Source: Bugula neritina (Eukaryota > Animalia > Bryozoa). From it: DNA of 64,000 nucleotides. A model generated the notes under the pieces. That model searched no databases, was not told where the DNA came from, and was given only the letters and a program-made list of their open reading frames with translations. The DNA is taken from NCBI GenBank assembly GCA_964035545.1, contig OZ037766.1:29390640-29454639 (forward strand). The letters are read 5' to 3'. Below are positions 1-13,742 of the stretch, one piece after another (positions within the stretch are counted from its first letter, which is position 1; each line of letters begins with the position of its first letter). A program made the position numbers and the translations under genes.

Positions 1-810
1 AGTATAATCGTAATGTGCGAGATGCTAAGGGATGTAATTGAGGTGCAAGTTAGCGTCATATAGTAAGCTTTATTATTCAACTCTATACATATTACACAAG
101 CACATTCAGCATGTGTTCAAGCGTGTTAGTAAAGAGAAGACAATAATATCAAAACACAGCAACGATCATAAGCATATTTATTTTTATTTTAATATCAATT
201 TTTCAATTTCATATTAAACTTATATTTAGTTTTTCACATAGTAAATAATATATATACAAGTTTTAACTATAAGTTCACTGATATATATATTTCACAGACA
301 CAACTTGCTATTTTAAACACATCTTCACTGATAAAAATTATATGCAGTGGGCTTATAAAAATTCTATTAGTATTGTAGTAAATATTGTAGTGAATTTTGC
401 CAGTTCACTATTATTATGTGTGGGTCTACTTAATCAAAGCCACTGCACCAGGTTGTTTACGATAAGATACTTTATTATTTACACAAATACAAGAAGGTTA
501 TTTACTGCTAGCATGAATAGAAAACGATTACATAATTAGTGAGCTTTAATACACAACTACTCTAAATGAAGTCCCAAGCTGCTCTGCCGGCTAGCTACTC
601 AGCGCACTGCAACTACGAGTAGCTAGCTCCACCTGCTATCAATTAGTCTGCCTGTCCTGATTGGTGGTTACTAATGGTGCCACTGCTGTCCATAGCTACA
701 TGCCAATGTAGTCGAACTCTACTATAGCATACAATGTAGAGTTGACCTTTTTGATGCTAATTAACTCCATCCATAAGCATAACGCTATCATCTTCTACTG
801 AGCACACCAA

Positions 811-3351
811 AGCCCTGGCCACACGATCGTGAGAATGACACGAAACTCGTGTGACGATTTTCGTGAGTTATCTTTTCGTATTGACCAGCCACATGATCGT
901 TTAAACCAGGGCTGTCCAAAAGGCGGCCCGGGGGCCGGATCCGGCCCTCCAGCTATATTTGTGTGGCCCCCCAAGGTATAGCAAGTTACAAATTTTTTGT
1001 TTAAATCAAATTTGCTAACTAGCCTGAAACAGCAGCACAATTTCTATTAAAATGTAGTTTAATTTCTTGTACAATATTGTTCTGTGGGTGGCATGCGTGT
1101 TACCTACTTATTATTGTTTAGCCTGAGATCAAACTACAACCAATAACAGCAAGCTAGTCATTATAGCCTGTTAGCTAGCAAGCTTGTGACTTACAATATG
1201 TAGACCCCTCTATTATATGCTCATCTCTACGCGTTTACTGAAGCGTGAAGTGATGCACAGTGCTTACTACTTAAAAAGAAATATACCATTTCCAGTATAT
1301 AAATCCATAATTTACATAAAATCTAAGTCATTGCTTTTTTATTCAGATATCATGCTTTCTTGCTAAGTTATTTTACTGGTACTAAACAATCAACTTTTCA
1401 GGCAAAATTAGCCGAAAATGTGCAGTTTTTTTTCTACAACTTTGCAAAAGAATGAAAAAATTCCAAAAAAGTTGCACTGGAAAAAAATAAGATTCACACC
1501 ATAGTTTTTAAATTTTGATTCTAGTAGCATACAATTAAATGAGATTTTTTTTACTGGTACTAAATTTTTATACAGTTACAATGCAAACCTGAGCAAGGCA
1601 GTTGCAGCTAAAAAGTTGCCCTTAGCTATCTTGTGCAGACAGATATTTCAAAGACATTTAATCAGGACTGGCCATATATAGAGACAAGACTTTTTTGTAA
1701 GTATAACTGAGATCTCACTTTTATTGACTGTATTGTGAAAGATAAGTAGTTGAAGAATCTCTGGCACACTTCACTTATGCAGTACTAAAATATTCTTATG
1801 TATGTTAGTTTTCATTTACATATTGTTTTAAGGTTAGGTGCCTAAACAATTTTGTTTTATAATGAACTTTTGTGCGAGTATGTACTGAAATGATTTGGGA
1901 TTTGTGATTGCCTTGACCTTTGACATTTGACCTTTGACTGTTAGGTACTATAAAACTTATACTATTTATAGCTAACTTTCATAGCATACTATTGTTAGAT
2001 GCTGCATTGCACAGCACTATCACTGAGATGGCTTGAAGGTTTGAACTTTCAATTTTTAGTCAAATGAAATACACAAAAATAAATATCACAATTCACTCAC
2101 TAGTCAGCACTTAGTCCAGCAACTAAGGGTTATATGTTCTGATACGAAACCAGATATTAACAGAATTGTTCAAGGCAAACAATACTCACTGTGTACTCAC
2201 AGTGTCTCACTGATTGTTGTAAAATATAACTATACCGCTATGAGTACAGACTCTTAGCACTGGCATATCTTGTTTAAATTTTGCATGAATATCATGAATA
2301 TTTACTTTGTATGTATATATGTATAATTTGGGTTTGGTTACAATTTTGTATTTATGTTTCTTCTTTACCTATTTTAATTAAATGCGTATACACACACATA
2401 CACACACATACACACACATACACACACATACACACACACATAAATATCGATTTAATGTGTTATGGTTTTAATAAAAATGCAAAGCCTAGCCATTGCTTAT
2501 AATTACAATACATATAGCCTGCAGATGCTCAATGAATCTTGAAAATTGATTTTTAAAAACAGAAAAAATGTTGTGGCCCTCGGCTCAAGCTGAAACTTGC
2601 AGAGTGGCCCTCGGTCTGAAAAGGTTGGACACCCCTGGTTTAAACGAAAAGTCACTATGCCGAGATTGGTACCGCAAGTTTATATAAGTTATAAAGGAAA
2701 ACTTTTGCCATTTTTGTTATTTTTTTGGTATTTTATGTGTACATTTTTTTAGTTTTGTTTATTAGTAAAGTTTTTAAAAACATTTTTTATGCATATAAAA
2801 TTAAAAAAATTTAAAACTCACTCATGCACTTAAATACAAAGCTATAAAGTTTAAGCTTCGCTGTGATTACCATGTGAATATGAATTGCATAATGCTTGCA
2901 ATAGCTATTGTACGCAAAATACTTTACAGTTGCTATAAATGTAAGACTAGTAAATTGGAAGCAAATAGGCATAGTAATACTACTTAATTTATGCTATTTT
3001 TGAAATTTGTAGTAATTATTTGGCGTGCATATATATATACCCCTAATATATACCACTTTGATGACAACAAGTCATTTTTATTAGTCCGTGAATGAGTCTT
3101 GCACGAGATACAAGCAGCAGATTATTGCCAAATAGAGAAACTTAGTAGAAATGAAATAATCACTGTTGCTAAAATTCTATTGACCAATCAAATGGTACCT
3201 ATCGTCGATTGTGATTTTTCGTCCATCGTCATCGTTGTGCACACCCAACGATGACGATTTCGTTTGAATTCCCTCAAATTTTCTCGTACGAATGTTTTTT
3301 CGTGTCAAATAGACGATTTCCTGTGATTCTCACGATCGTGTGGCCAGGGCT
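811..3351. mobile_element. Non-autonomous PIF/Harbinger-like TIR element (~0.8 kb without the nested hAT)
   Basis: Perfect 26-bp TIR AGCCCTGGCCACACGATCGTGAGAAT (811-836 / 3326-3351). Flanked by CAA and TAA, an imperfect 3-bp TAA-type TSD. Confidence 0.75.
907..2637. mobile_element. Non-autonomous hAT (Charlie/Buster-like) element
   Basis: TIRs CAGGGCTGTCCAA / TTGGACACCCCTG, subterminal GGCCC motifs, perfect 8-bp TSD GTTTAAAC (899-906, 2638-2645). No transposase ORF. Confidence 0.85.
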
Positions 3352-4499
3352 TAACTGTCTATTCTGCGTACGGTTGTTGATTCTATTTAACTAGTCCTGC
3401 CTTGTTTAACTGCGTGCATTAGTAGCTAGCAATAATTGTCCAGCAGATTGTACACATTCCAATTGTCAGCTATTATGATAATTGATCTCCAGTACTTATA
3501 GCCATTATGCCAAGCGTATAGAGAGTAAGCCACAAAGAGTTATCCTTTCGATAATAACATAGTCTAAAATCCATTACAATATCTAGATATCAAGTTATCC
3601 CCCTTTGCCCATTCCCATAACTAGTGCTACAGACACAGTCTCAGTTATTATAATACTTATGGTTTACCCTTTTCTTTATTCTTACAACAATAACTCATTA
3701 CAATACTTGGTTGATCCTTTTTCTTTATACTTGTAAACCGACAGATGTGCCGATATGGGCAGGTGGCTACAGGCAGACCGAATGTCGGTTGCCGACATGT
3801 CCAGTGTCGGTAGCCGACACGACGAATGTCGGTACCCCTGCCGAATATCGGCTCCGCTGTCGGTAGAATGTTCTGGAAGGCCCAAATCCCTGTCCTTTGT
3901 TAGTATAAAAGCACACGTTTTTGCCCAGCTCAGCACTTCAGCGCTGGAGTCCGAGCTGTATACATCTTTGCTACAATAAAGATCACTATACACACACACG
4001 AAGTCACACCTCTCTTGTCTCTTCTATAGCAAGGAGTTATGTTCTCTGCCTGATTTCATTCTATAACCCACAAATCTACTACAGTATGAGTGCAGTATTC
4101 ACCACACTGGCTGATTGCAAAACCACATAGATGTGAATTATAAAGGCAAAAAACATAGTTATGATATCTTGTATGCATAAAAGCGAACATATCTGTATAA
4201 TGCAAAACCTCACACATTACACTTGATTCCTGTAATGCTAATGGACAATAGGCATAGTAATTGATCCAAATTGAAAGCAAAACTAAAATGGTTTTAGTTT
4301 AAGATTTTCTCTAACAGTTGGTGTTCAAATTTATTACTACTAGTACTTGTTAAATTGAAAAGAGCAACTTACTTGTGCTCAAACCCCATGGATGGCTTGT
4401 TTGAGCCACTCGTTTCTTGCTTTGTAATTTTGCTGACTCAAAAGGATTGACGATATTATAAAATAGGCAGCCGAATGATGGCACTGCTTTTCATTGTAG

Positions 4500-7400
4500 G
4501 GATCACGAAAAGTATCCACAGTTCCTGGACTCGAACCTAGCTCTGACTCGTAAGTTTAAATTATAATTTTGTATTTTGTCATTCTGATATTTGAGCAGAT
4601 TTTTGTGGAAATTGTAAAAAAATTAGTGCAGTATAATTTTAATTTGACACCCTAGTTCCTTTTCAATAAACAATTTATTATAAATAGTTTCTAACTCTGT
4701 ATGTCATATAGCATTTATATTGTTATATTAAAACACTGCCTACGCTTAAATGTAAGATAGGCATAGCTATAGCATATAAGATAGTTCTAGCTTATGATTG
4801 TGTAACTGTAGGCAGTTATATATAACTTTCTTAGTTTGGATTTGTTTATAGATTTAGATCATGTGCCACTCTTCCTTTAGGATTGATTACATGGTCTGGT
4901 AGAAAAGCACTAGACAAACAGTTGAGGATTTTACTAAATAGTGCTATATAGGTTTGTCATGCAGTGATAATTCTAACATATCCTATTATGTGTGAGAATT
5001 AGCATAGTGATTTTTTCAACTCTCAAAGTTCATGCACTGACAAAATGTATATTTTCTATGTATCTTAATACCTGATAACATCCATTGCAGAGATGGAAAT
5101 ATTCCGGACATTCAAAGTGCTGGTAGCATGACTGAGTTTCTTGACAAATTACATGAGGATTTTGGGCCCATAGCCTCCTTTTGGATTGAGAAAGAGTTTG
5201 TTGTTAGCATAGCCAGTCCCCAGTTGTTCAAAGAAGTTTCGCATATATTTGATCGACCAGGTAACTCTATGATGACTGAAGGTACTCTACTGTGCAGTAC
5301 TGACTACATGTTAGCTTGCTATCAAGTAAAGATATACTGTTTTCTAAATACATATTCTGTTCTTAGTAATTATTGATACGCTATTCCTCAATGTTGTAGT
5401 GTCTCTGTTTAAAACCTTTGAACCGCTTATTGGCCCTCAAAGCATTCAATACCAAAATGGACCTGATGGCCAACAACTGAGAAAACTTCATGACAGGTCC
5501 TACACTCAGGCCAAGGTGGTCTCTCAGATGGCTGTCTTTCAAGAGGTGAAGCTTTTAGTCTTTTCTTTGTACACAGATTTTCAAATTTCATCACATTTTA
5601 CACTTTTATCCTACCTCATTCTATCCTATTATTTCTTATCCTCTGCAATTTTGGTAAAATTTGCTATGTCAAAATTATCTTATTTTATTTGCACTACTAT
5701 GCTATGATATAGTTTGATATAATGAACTATATCCTGTGTTGTAATGCACTGCGTTATGATGCACTATTTATTAATGTTATGTTGTAATACACGATGTTAC
5801 AATACACTGTAATGTAATACATGTGTACAATAATAATTCACACTTATAAAATTTCCCTTTGAGATTGGTGAAGAGCTTATGGAAAAGTGGAACAAGATGG
5901 CCGCTGCTCAAGAACATGTACCGCTCGGATTGCACATGTTGACTGTTGTCATGAAATCTCTCACTCGTTTTGCTTTTGGTGAATATTTCAAAGATGAGAA
6001 ATCGTTGGTAGCCTTCAGAAAGGATTATGATTTTGTGAGTGATACAGTAGATATCAGATGTTTTCAACTGTTCTGTTCTGTCCTGTCCTGTTCTGTTCTA
6101 ACTGTAACTGAGTGATACAGTAGATATCTCATGTATCTTTGTTTCTAACCAATTGCTTCTAGTCATTCAATTGTTGAACATCAGAAGTACTTCTTCTTGT
6201 GAACTTCCTGCCCAACGCTTACCTTCTGTCTCTGATTCAAATCTTGTAAAGGTCAATGGTAAAGTTAGGGGCAGCCAATTGTAATAACAGCTGATGGTTT
6301 GTTGCCCTGATTTATGTGCAGCTGATCTTATTGACTGCTCTGCCCTAACTACATCATCTATTTCATCTATAAATAGAGAAGTCCGTAGTTCCATTAGTTT
6401 AGTTTTTACTGGGTGCTCCAATATGGGCATGTTCTATTGTTGACAGTGTTTCTGGGCAATGGAGAATACATTATTGGAAGGACCAATGAAACCTGGAAGT
6501 GATCGAGAGAAAAAGTTCAAGGAAGGTAAAATATTATATATGTTGATTTTGTATTATACTAATAAATGTACACTTTATACACTAATAGATCCGGTAAATT
6601 TTAGTGTAAAGTGTATAATATATATACCTGCATATACAGACCGTAAATTTTCCTGTATATACGAACAAGTACCTGTATGTTTTTGTATTTAATGCCAGGT
6701 ATTCAACGCTTGAAGAATATCACCAGTGAAATCATCCAACAGAGAAGACAGGAAGAAATATCTCCTGATGACCGGATCTTCATTGGTAAGAGCTGTTGAG
6801 TCATTGTAGAATTTAGTATGGTGTGTAAAATATATGACTAGATAGATGGAACGCACATAATGTATTAATATATGACTAGATAGATGGAACACACATAATG
6901 TATTAAAATTTCAATCTCCATCAACTGTTTTGTTTTGGTTGTTCATATTCACAGGCTGATATAATAGATTTTCTTAAATAGTTGGAATGCCAACATACAA
7001 AAAAGGGCGGGTGGAGCACATTGATGCTATATATCACTGCGAGGCCAACATTCTACTGATTGCAAATCTGCAAGTAACTTTTTAGTATCTGGGGGGGGGT
7101 CCTTGAAAGGGGTGGATACACAGGGGTTGGCCAATTTTCAAGTGAGCATCATGAAATTTCAAATATGCAATTATTTCAGTAGTTTGAGTTTAATATTCAA
7201 AATATTTTCTGGATAATGTTGTACACCTATGAAAGTATCTCTAAAAAACATTGCGACTAAAAATTGATAGGTGGGCGGAGCCTATGGCATGATGTGTTTT
7301 TTCGGATGTACCTGATATTCTCTAACAGCCATTTTTCCGCTGTAGCATCTAAAACGGTAATATTTTGCATGTAGACACTTTATAGTGTCCTCATGAATCA

Positions 7401-8359
7401 AACAAATTTCTAGTACATTCTCACTAACAGAACCTTGTTTACAGCTTTGAAAGTCAAAAAGGTCAAAATCGGAGTTATCTCCCCCATTTTAAAACGTTGC
7501 CCTTTTACCCGATATTAATGCATTTTATTAATTGTGTTGACATCATTATAGTATAAGTTTAAGCTTAGCCTGTTTTTCATTTCTTATATGGCTCATTTCC
7601 AGTACATAGTTAGAGGAAATACTGCTTTAAACGCACGTATGTGAAATTTTTCATCTCGAATAACTATTAACATTTAATACTTGTTTGATGATAAATTTTG
7701 TGCGTTCTGCCAGTCACGCACATGGGTAAACGGCAACTTTATAACATTCAATTAACAGAAGATTATTTTAAAATAGTAACAACTTATGAACAATGCAGGA
7801 ATAATTAATCTTGAAAATTGGCCAACCCATGTGTATCCACCTGTTTCAAGCAAGAATCCCCAGATACGAAAAGTTACTTGCAAATTTGAAATCAATAGAA
7901 TGTTGGCTTTGCAGTGATATATAGCAACAGTGTGCTCCACCCACCCTTTTTTGTATGTTGGCACTCCAACTATAAAACACATGTTCTAACCGGTAGATGC
8001 GTTTGTCATGTTATGGAGCTTGTCACTCACTCACTAGTCACTGGTTTGAAATGTATACACTATTATTAGCCATTTGTCATTTACCAGTAGTATGTGTAGT
8101 GTATGTCATCTTATTAAAGATGCTTTAATGGAGAATTATACTGACGAGGACATGATATTTTCTGACATCATCACATACTTGATTGCAGGATCTCACACAA
8201 CGTCATTCTGTAAGTCAAAATGCAAGATATATACACATACATATACACATACATATACACATACATATACACATACATATACACATACATATACACATAC
8301 ATAATTACATATACACATACACAAACACATACACATACATATACACATACATATACACA

Positions 8360-8390
<31 letters not shown>

Positions 8391-9115
8391 CACTCTCCAG
8401 CCTACTTGATGTCCTGGAAATTAATGCACATCAAGTTCAACTGATCTGTTGGAAAAGGTGAACGTAAGCACTTAGTGTAAAGTTTAGACTAGGATTATAA
8501 CTAAAGTAAATAGTTTTCTGATGTGGGATGTGTGATCAGTTTTAGAAAAATCTTAACAATCATAACATTTACTCTGAATACTTTATTTGTTTCATTTTTT
8601 TTCTATCCAATACTTATGCATATTTTAGTTATGATGTGGGCCTTATATTACCTCGCCACACATGAAGATATGCAGGATAAATTATATGCTGAAGTGACTA
8701 AGTACTACAAAGGAGGCCCTATAACTTGGGACACGATTAAAAACATGAAGTATGTTGCATTTTTCTCTCTTCCATGTTGAGAAGCCCCTCAGGCCTCAGC
8801 ACTTGCATTTGATTTGACTGGTTTTGTTAAACTGCAGTTGTTTTCTCTTCTTATTACAAAAAAATTTGCCTTTGGTAACTAGGTAAACGTGTTACAAATT
8901 AATAGTCAAAAAACATTAATATGATTTTCGCTAGTTGTAACATAGTTATATATTTGGAAAGTTGTATTTCTGAAACTTGAAACTATAGCCATTTTCAATT
9001 TGTTGTGTACAGAGGAAGTAATTATATATATTTTGCTAGCTCATGATTTGTAAATAATTTAAATTTAATTTATTTTATAGTATTCCGCACATTACAGTCT
9101 ATGATCCCATATATA

Positions 9116-9205
<90 letters not shown>

Positions 9206-9211
9206 CACGCA

Positions 9212-9258
<47 letters not shown>

Positions 9259-9274
9259 ATATATACATATATAT

Positions 9275-9355
<81 letters not shown>

Positions 9356-11386
9356 TATATATACATATATACACACATATATATATATATATACACATAC
9401 ACACACACACATACACACATACACACATACATACATATACATATATAACTTATTTCTAATTTATATCAATTTTAGTTACTTGGAGAATTTTACCAAAGAG
9501 ACTCTACGATTCTCCCGATTGGCTCCCTTCGCTGCTCGTGTTTCCTTCCATGACAGTCAGCTCGGTGGTCATGTGATACCGAAAGATGTAAGTCTGTCTT
9601 TAACATGCTTCAAAACTGCTTTGCTATAAAATTCTTAATACTTGCTGATAAAGTACCAAGTAGTTTATGCATCAACTAAACAAATAAAGCTGTATTTGAT
9701 AGACTAGGCATAGCCATCAGTAGTGCTAACAGTCATACTAGGAGAAGCCAACTACGGCCATAGGCAGCTTGCAGCTATAGTATGTTTATAGACAGATTTG
9801 TTTTGTAAATGTAATTTTCTGGTGTTGCACTTTTGATAAAAAACACTGTAGTTTTTGCATGTAAAGACGTTGAGTTATTTTTTGTGGTTTTATTCACTAT
9901 AATATTTCTTTCATTTTGGCGAAACAACTATCTGTTGTCATATTTTTATTGTATTGGGTTTGAACAACAGATTTAGCTGATACTTGAATTTGTTTTCTCT
10001 TTGTGATATTGTTAAGGTCTTATTAAAAAGGTTGCTTTTGGTTTGTTTTATAAGGAGATGTTCTTGTTCTGTAGACTCCAATAATAACATCAATAGGGAC
10101 TCTGTTAAGTGACAAGAATCTATGGAAGGATCCGGAAACGTGAGTACAATTTGCTTCCTTTTCTTTTACTACTCAGTTCCTTGAATGTATTTGTCTTTCC
10201 TTCTGAAGATGCAAAATTTCATGATGCTCTCAAGACCTGATATATTTTAATTAACTAATTTTCATTTTCTTGTCTCAAGCTTGATTATAAGTGCTACTTT
10301 TCCCACATGTCTTGTCCAAAGCCTATATCGATCAAATTAATAAAATTATCAATAAAAATTTCTGTTCACCTTCACATACTTGCAATGTCAATGGTTGTTT
10401 CTTTAAAAAGATATAAGTATGTTATTTCTCCTGGTTTTTATGTTTCACCTACTTAAGTAAAATTTGCATTGTTTTGCACTCTTACTTTTTATTATTGTCC
10501 ACTTTTATTTATTTAATTTTTTTATTCTTGTGTTAAGGTTAATAGTTTGCAATAATGAACATTAAATAGTTGATTAATTTAAATTTTAGTAAAATTTATA
10601 TATCTGGTTAGTTAGTAATACCTAGTAACAATCATGATATCAAATGACTTTGTTTAATCTGTTACTATATATATTAGTTGTTCTGTTGCTTCTTTTCTAG
10701 TTTTAACCCTGATCGGTTTAATGAAAAACCTCCACCATATGCATTTGAACCATTTGGTTTTGCTGGAAAAAGAAAATGCCCAGGCTACCGACTTTCCGAG
10801 ATTGAAACCAACATTTTCCTGATACTAACCATCAAACAATTTAAGGTAAAATACTGTGTGAGAATTTGTGTACTCTTCTTATCTAGCATACTCCAACATG
10901 GTTTATTTCGGATGAGATTGTAAATATATTTTCCAAGCTTCTAATGTTGATATAGTTTTTAAATATGAGTTATAAATATGATCATTATATGAGCTTATAC
11001 ATAATTATTTGATTTAGCTTGTATAATGACAATAAATTATTATTGCAATTGTGTGAATTCATTGCACTTTATCTGCTGAAAAATTTGCCTTGGGGACACG
11101 ACCATTTCTTATTCAGTTTACAATTACAACTTTCAATTTAATGCTTTTTTATCTTTATTTTGTAAATTATTCTAAGGATAGTTTTCTATGTCTAGATTTA
11201 TGTTTTGAGCCAATGTATCTGTATTATTCTATTCACTTGCCCTCTCGTAACAATATCTATAAGTTTACAAAGCAGCTGTTTGATTGGTAGGTTGCTTTGG
11301 TTCCTGGCCAAGTAGTCAAGAATTTGTATGGATTTGTTACTAAACCAGCTGATGAGATATGGGTGACAGTGCAAGAAAGGAACTAA
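4500..11386 (+). CDS. CYP20A1: Cytochrome P450 CYP20A1-like, copy 1 (exons 2-13; exon 1 not found in the window)
   Basis: GT-AG exons in continuous frame: 4500-4549, 5091-5260, 5400-5545, 5864-6034, 6447-6525, 6699-6785, 8120-8209, 8629-8749, 9476-9587, 10075-10139, 10701-10845, 11291-11386. P450 motifs: I-helix AGSHTT, K-helix ETLR, FNPDRF, heme loop [14 protein letters not shown]20-like segments: [32 protein letters not shown]-terminal [22 protein letters not shown]. Confidence 0.9.
6979..7972. mobile_element. Non-autonomous long-TIR DNA transposon (Academ-like) in CYP copy 1 intron 7
   Basis: Imperfect TIRs over 150 bp starting TAGTTGG / ending CCAACTA. 4-bp TSD TAAA (6975-6978, 7973-7976). 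The paralogous intron in copy 2 (near 17988) has the empty site with one TAAA. Superfamily inferred from TAG termini plus 4-bp TSD. Confidence 0.75.
8228..8392. repeat. Compound microsatellite (TACACATACATA)n / (CACG)n / (CA)n
   Basis: Visible tandem units in CYP copy 1 intron 8. Confidence 0.9.
9109..9447. repeat. Compound (TA)n/(CA)n/(TG)n microsatellite
   Basis: Visible; absent from the paralogous intron 9 of copy 2. Confidence 0.95.
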
Positions 11387-12689
11387 TATATAGCATTTCT
11401 TATTTTATTTTATTAAAAGATGATTTATCTAGATCTATTTTATTTTATTTTTATTATAAATCTTCTGGTCGAACTTCTATAAAAAGTTATATTTTTGCTA
11501 TAACTGAATGTTGGTGTTCTATGATTCAATTGAACTTGCAATACTAATAGTTTGATGATTTTATTGTAGTTGAATAATTTTAATGATTGCGTTGAACTAC
11601 TTTTTTCATTTTTAAAGGCTTGGCTTAAATATTTTAGCTACTAATTTTCTTCATTGTTGCTCTTTTTTCTTATTGATCGATATATTGATAGAGCAAATAT
11701 TTCATCATCAGCTAACTTTTTTACACATTAAATTGTGGATTCTTAATAACTCTAAAAATTTACATTGGTTTTGGCTTTTCTTTATGGCTATATTATATTC
11801 AGATCAATAAAATATTTTCAGCAATAAATTTATTGTATTGAAAATTTTTTGAAACATCTGTGTTTATGGAAATTGCATGAAAACTCGTGAATAATCATTA
11901 ATTTTACATCTTTCGGTTTACAAAATCATTGTTTGATCAAATTGGTTTGATTTGAACATTTTAGTGATTGCACTATCTAAAGTGCAGTCACTATATGATC
12001 CAATGAAAAATTAAGAAATTTGTTATAAATCTCAGTTTACATTCAGAACAAAATATACCCTACTGGAAATTATTTTTTCACCATATGGCAGATTAGAGTT
12101 AACATTCACACAATTACTTGTATGTCCACATCCAAAGTGTTTTGCCAATTACCAAATTAATTTGCCATGTACGTTACATATTAGACAGTATATTATGCAT
12201 CGAATATAAATTCCTGGATGATGTATTTGAAAATTCAATTAAATAATAATTGACCTGAAAATGATTTGACATATGACTTGCTATATCATCAGCATGTGTA
12301 TAATTTATTATAGCATTGTATACAACAAATTAAAAAAGTTTTCAGGTTAACAAACGTAGCAATTGAATTAAAAATAACATATAAAAAGATGAAGTCCAGG
12401 CAACACATATTGACGCAATCTCCTGTTACCGGTATGACGATGATGAGCTCTTTATTTGATAAAATAATACACGAAAAAAAGAAAGTACCTCTATTTGCAG
12501 GCAAAGATGAAAGGTTAATATTTCCGAATGTATAAAAATACAATCTACAGTATAATTGCTTTCTGTGCAACAGTTTTCACAAATATTATAGGGTGCATAT
12601 GATATTATGAAATACAGTATGATACTTGAAAATAAAGATTGTATTGAGTATTATATTGACAATTATTTGAGATTTGTTTCGAAGGAGTT

Positions 12690-13290
12690 ATGTAAGTGAT
12701 TGTGTTGCGTATTATCTGAGGTTGATGTCTGCGGAGCTGGTCTCCATTTCATAAACAACAGACGGCCCTAGTCGCCGCAATACCGAACCTCAAGCACCAG
12801 TTTGTAACTTTAGATTATAGCGTTGCTAGTTAGCCCCCCCCCCCTCCCCGTGAAGGTATAACCTTGTTATAGCTTGGCCTTGGTTGTCATCTGATCTGGG
12901 TATTAGAACATTAGTCTCCTAGTGATATTCAGGGATGAAATGACCGATTGCCCGTGGAGGGGTTAGTACGAGCTCTGGCAGCATCATAGTCCGCACACAA
13001 GTACATGTAGTGATATGCTGTTTCTTCTTCTATTAAACAGGTACATACTGGTGTGTATGTAAGATTTATCCTGTATTGGAAGGAAAGGAGCCTGCTATGA
13101 CCAGTGAGAAGGTCACATAATGCCCCAATATCTTTCTGCTGTTGTTCAATGGTAGTGGTTGGTGGAACAAATGTTCCAGTTCCAAAACAGGGAGTATGCC
13201 ATATGGGCACATCCCATTTGCGAGCAGTGCATTCCATTGGCGTGTCCATCCATTCTGTATGAAGTTGGTAATCTTGTGCCTTGTAAGATC
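12690..13290 (-). mobile_element. 5'-truncated non-LTR retrotransposon (LINE) 3' fragment
   Basis: ORF 12929-13249(-) contains LLTGHSRLLSFQYRINLTYTPVCTCLIEEETAYHYMYLC, matching the C-terminal LTGH...CxC...ET..H....C zinc knuckle of LINE ORF2. Boundaries approximate. Confidence 0.7.
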
Positions 13291-13742
13291 TACTGGTTGT
13301 AGATCTGTTATAACTTATAGAAAATTCTGCATGCGTCTAAAAATAGCTGTACAAGCAACTTTTATTATAATTATGCATTATTTTATTTCATATTTTGAGT
13401 TTGTGAGTTTTGAGATCACTTTTCAAAATGTTTAACTCCAACCCCTTTACCAAAACTGTAGCTACCCAACTACCAGACTCAGTGACTTCAAATTTTGTGC
13501 TGCATCAAGGGATTTTTTTTAATAAGGCGTGCAACTTGATTAGATGAGATCAAAAGGTTAAAGTTCACACCGGATAAGATAGAATCAAGCGGAAACTGAA
13601 CAGTGAACTGATACGCCTACTTGTAGTGGTACATGTAGCAAATGCAATGCTGCATCTTACACGCCTTATCACTTGATCATGCTGACTACTAAAATTGCTG
13701 CCCTGCTGTTAGGCTCATAATAGAAATACAGGTCAATCAAAA

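Larger units (their letters stand above)
374..4083 (+). mobile_element. Solo LTR (~1.17 kb once nested insertions are removed), interrupted by two DNA transposons
   Basis: Termini TGTAGTA...TACTACA (TG..CA, 7-bp inverted). 4-bp TSD GTAT at 370-373 and 4084-4087. TATAAAA near 3905 and AATAAA near 3976. The 3' part is clearly homologous to the solo LTR at 32262-32780. Confidence 0.75.

Noticed and set aside
3682-4130. ORFs of 69-105 aa in a GC-richer patch (also 32459-32836)
   Set aside because: They lie in LTR sequence, and the reading frames are not conserved between the two LTR copies.
1-4499. Exon 1 (membrane anchor) of CYP20 copy 1
   Set aside because: No segment homologous to copy 2 exon 1 was found; it is presumed to lie upstream of the window, but this cannot be confirmed here.
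8171-9629. Many overlapping [12 protein letters not shown] ORFs (also 2281-2502 and 47002-47410)
   Set aside because: Microsatellite translations; only the embedded CYP exons are real.
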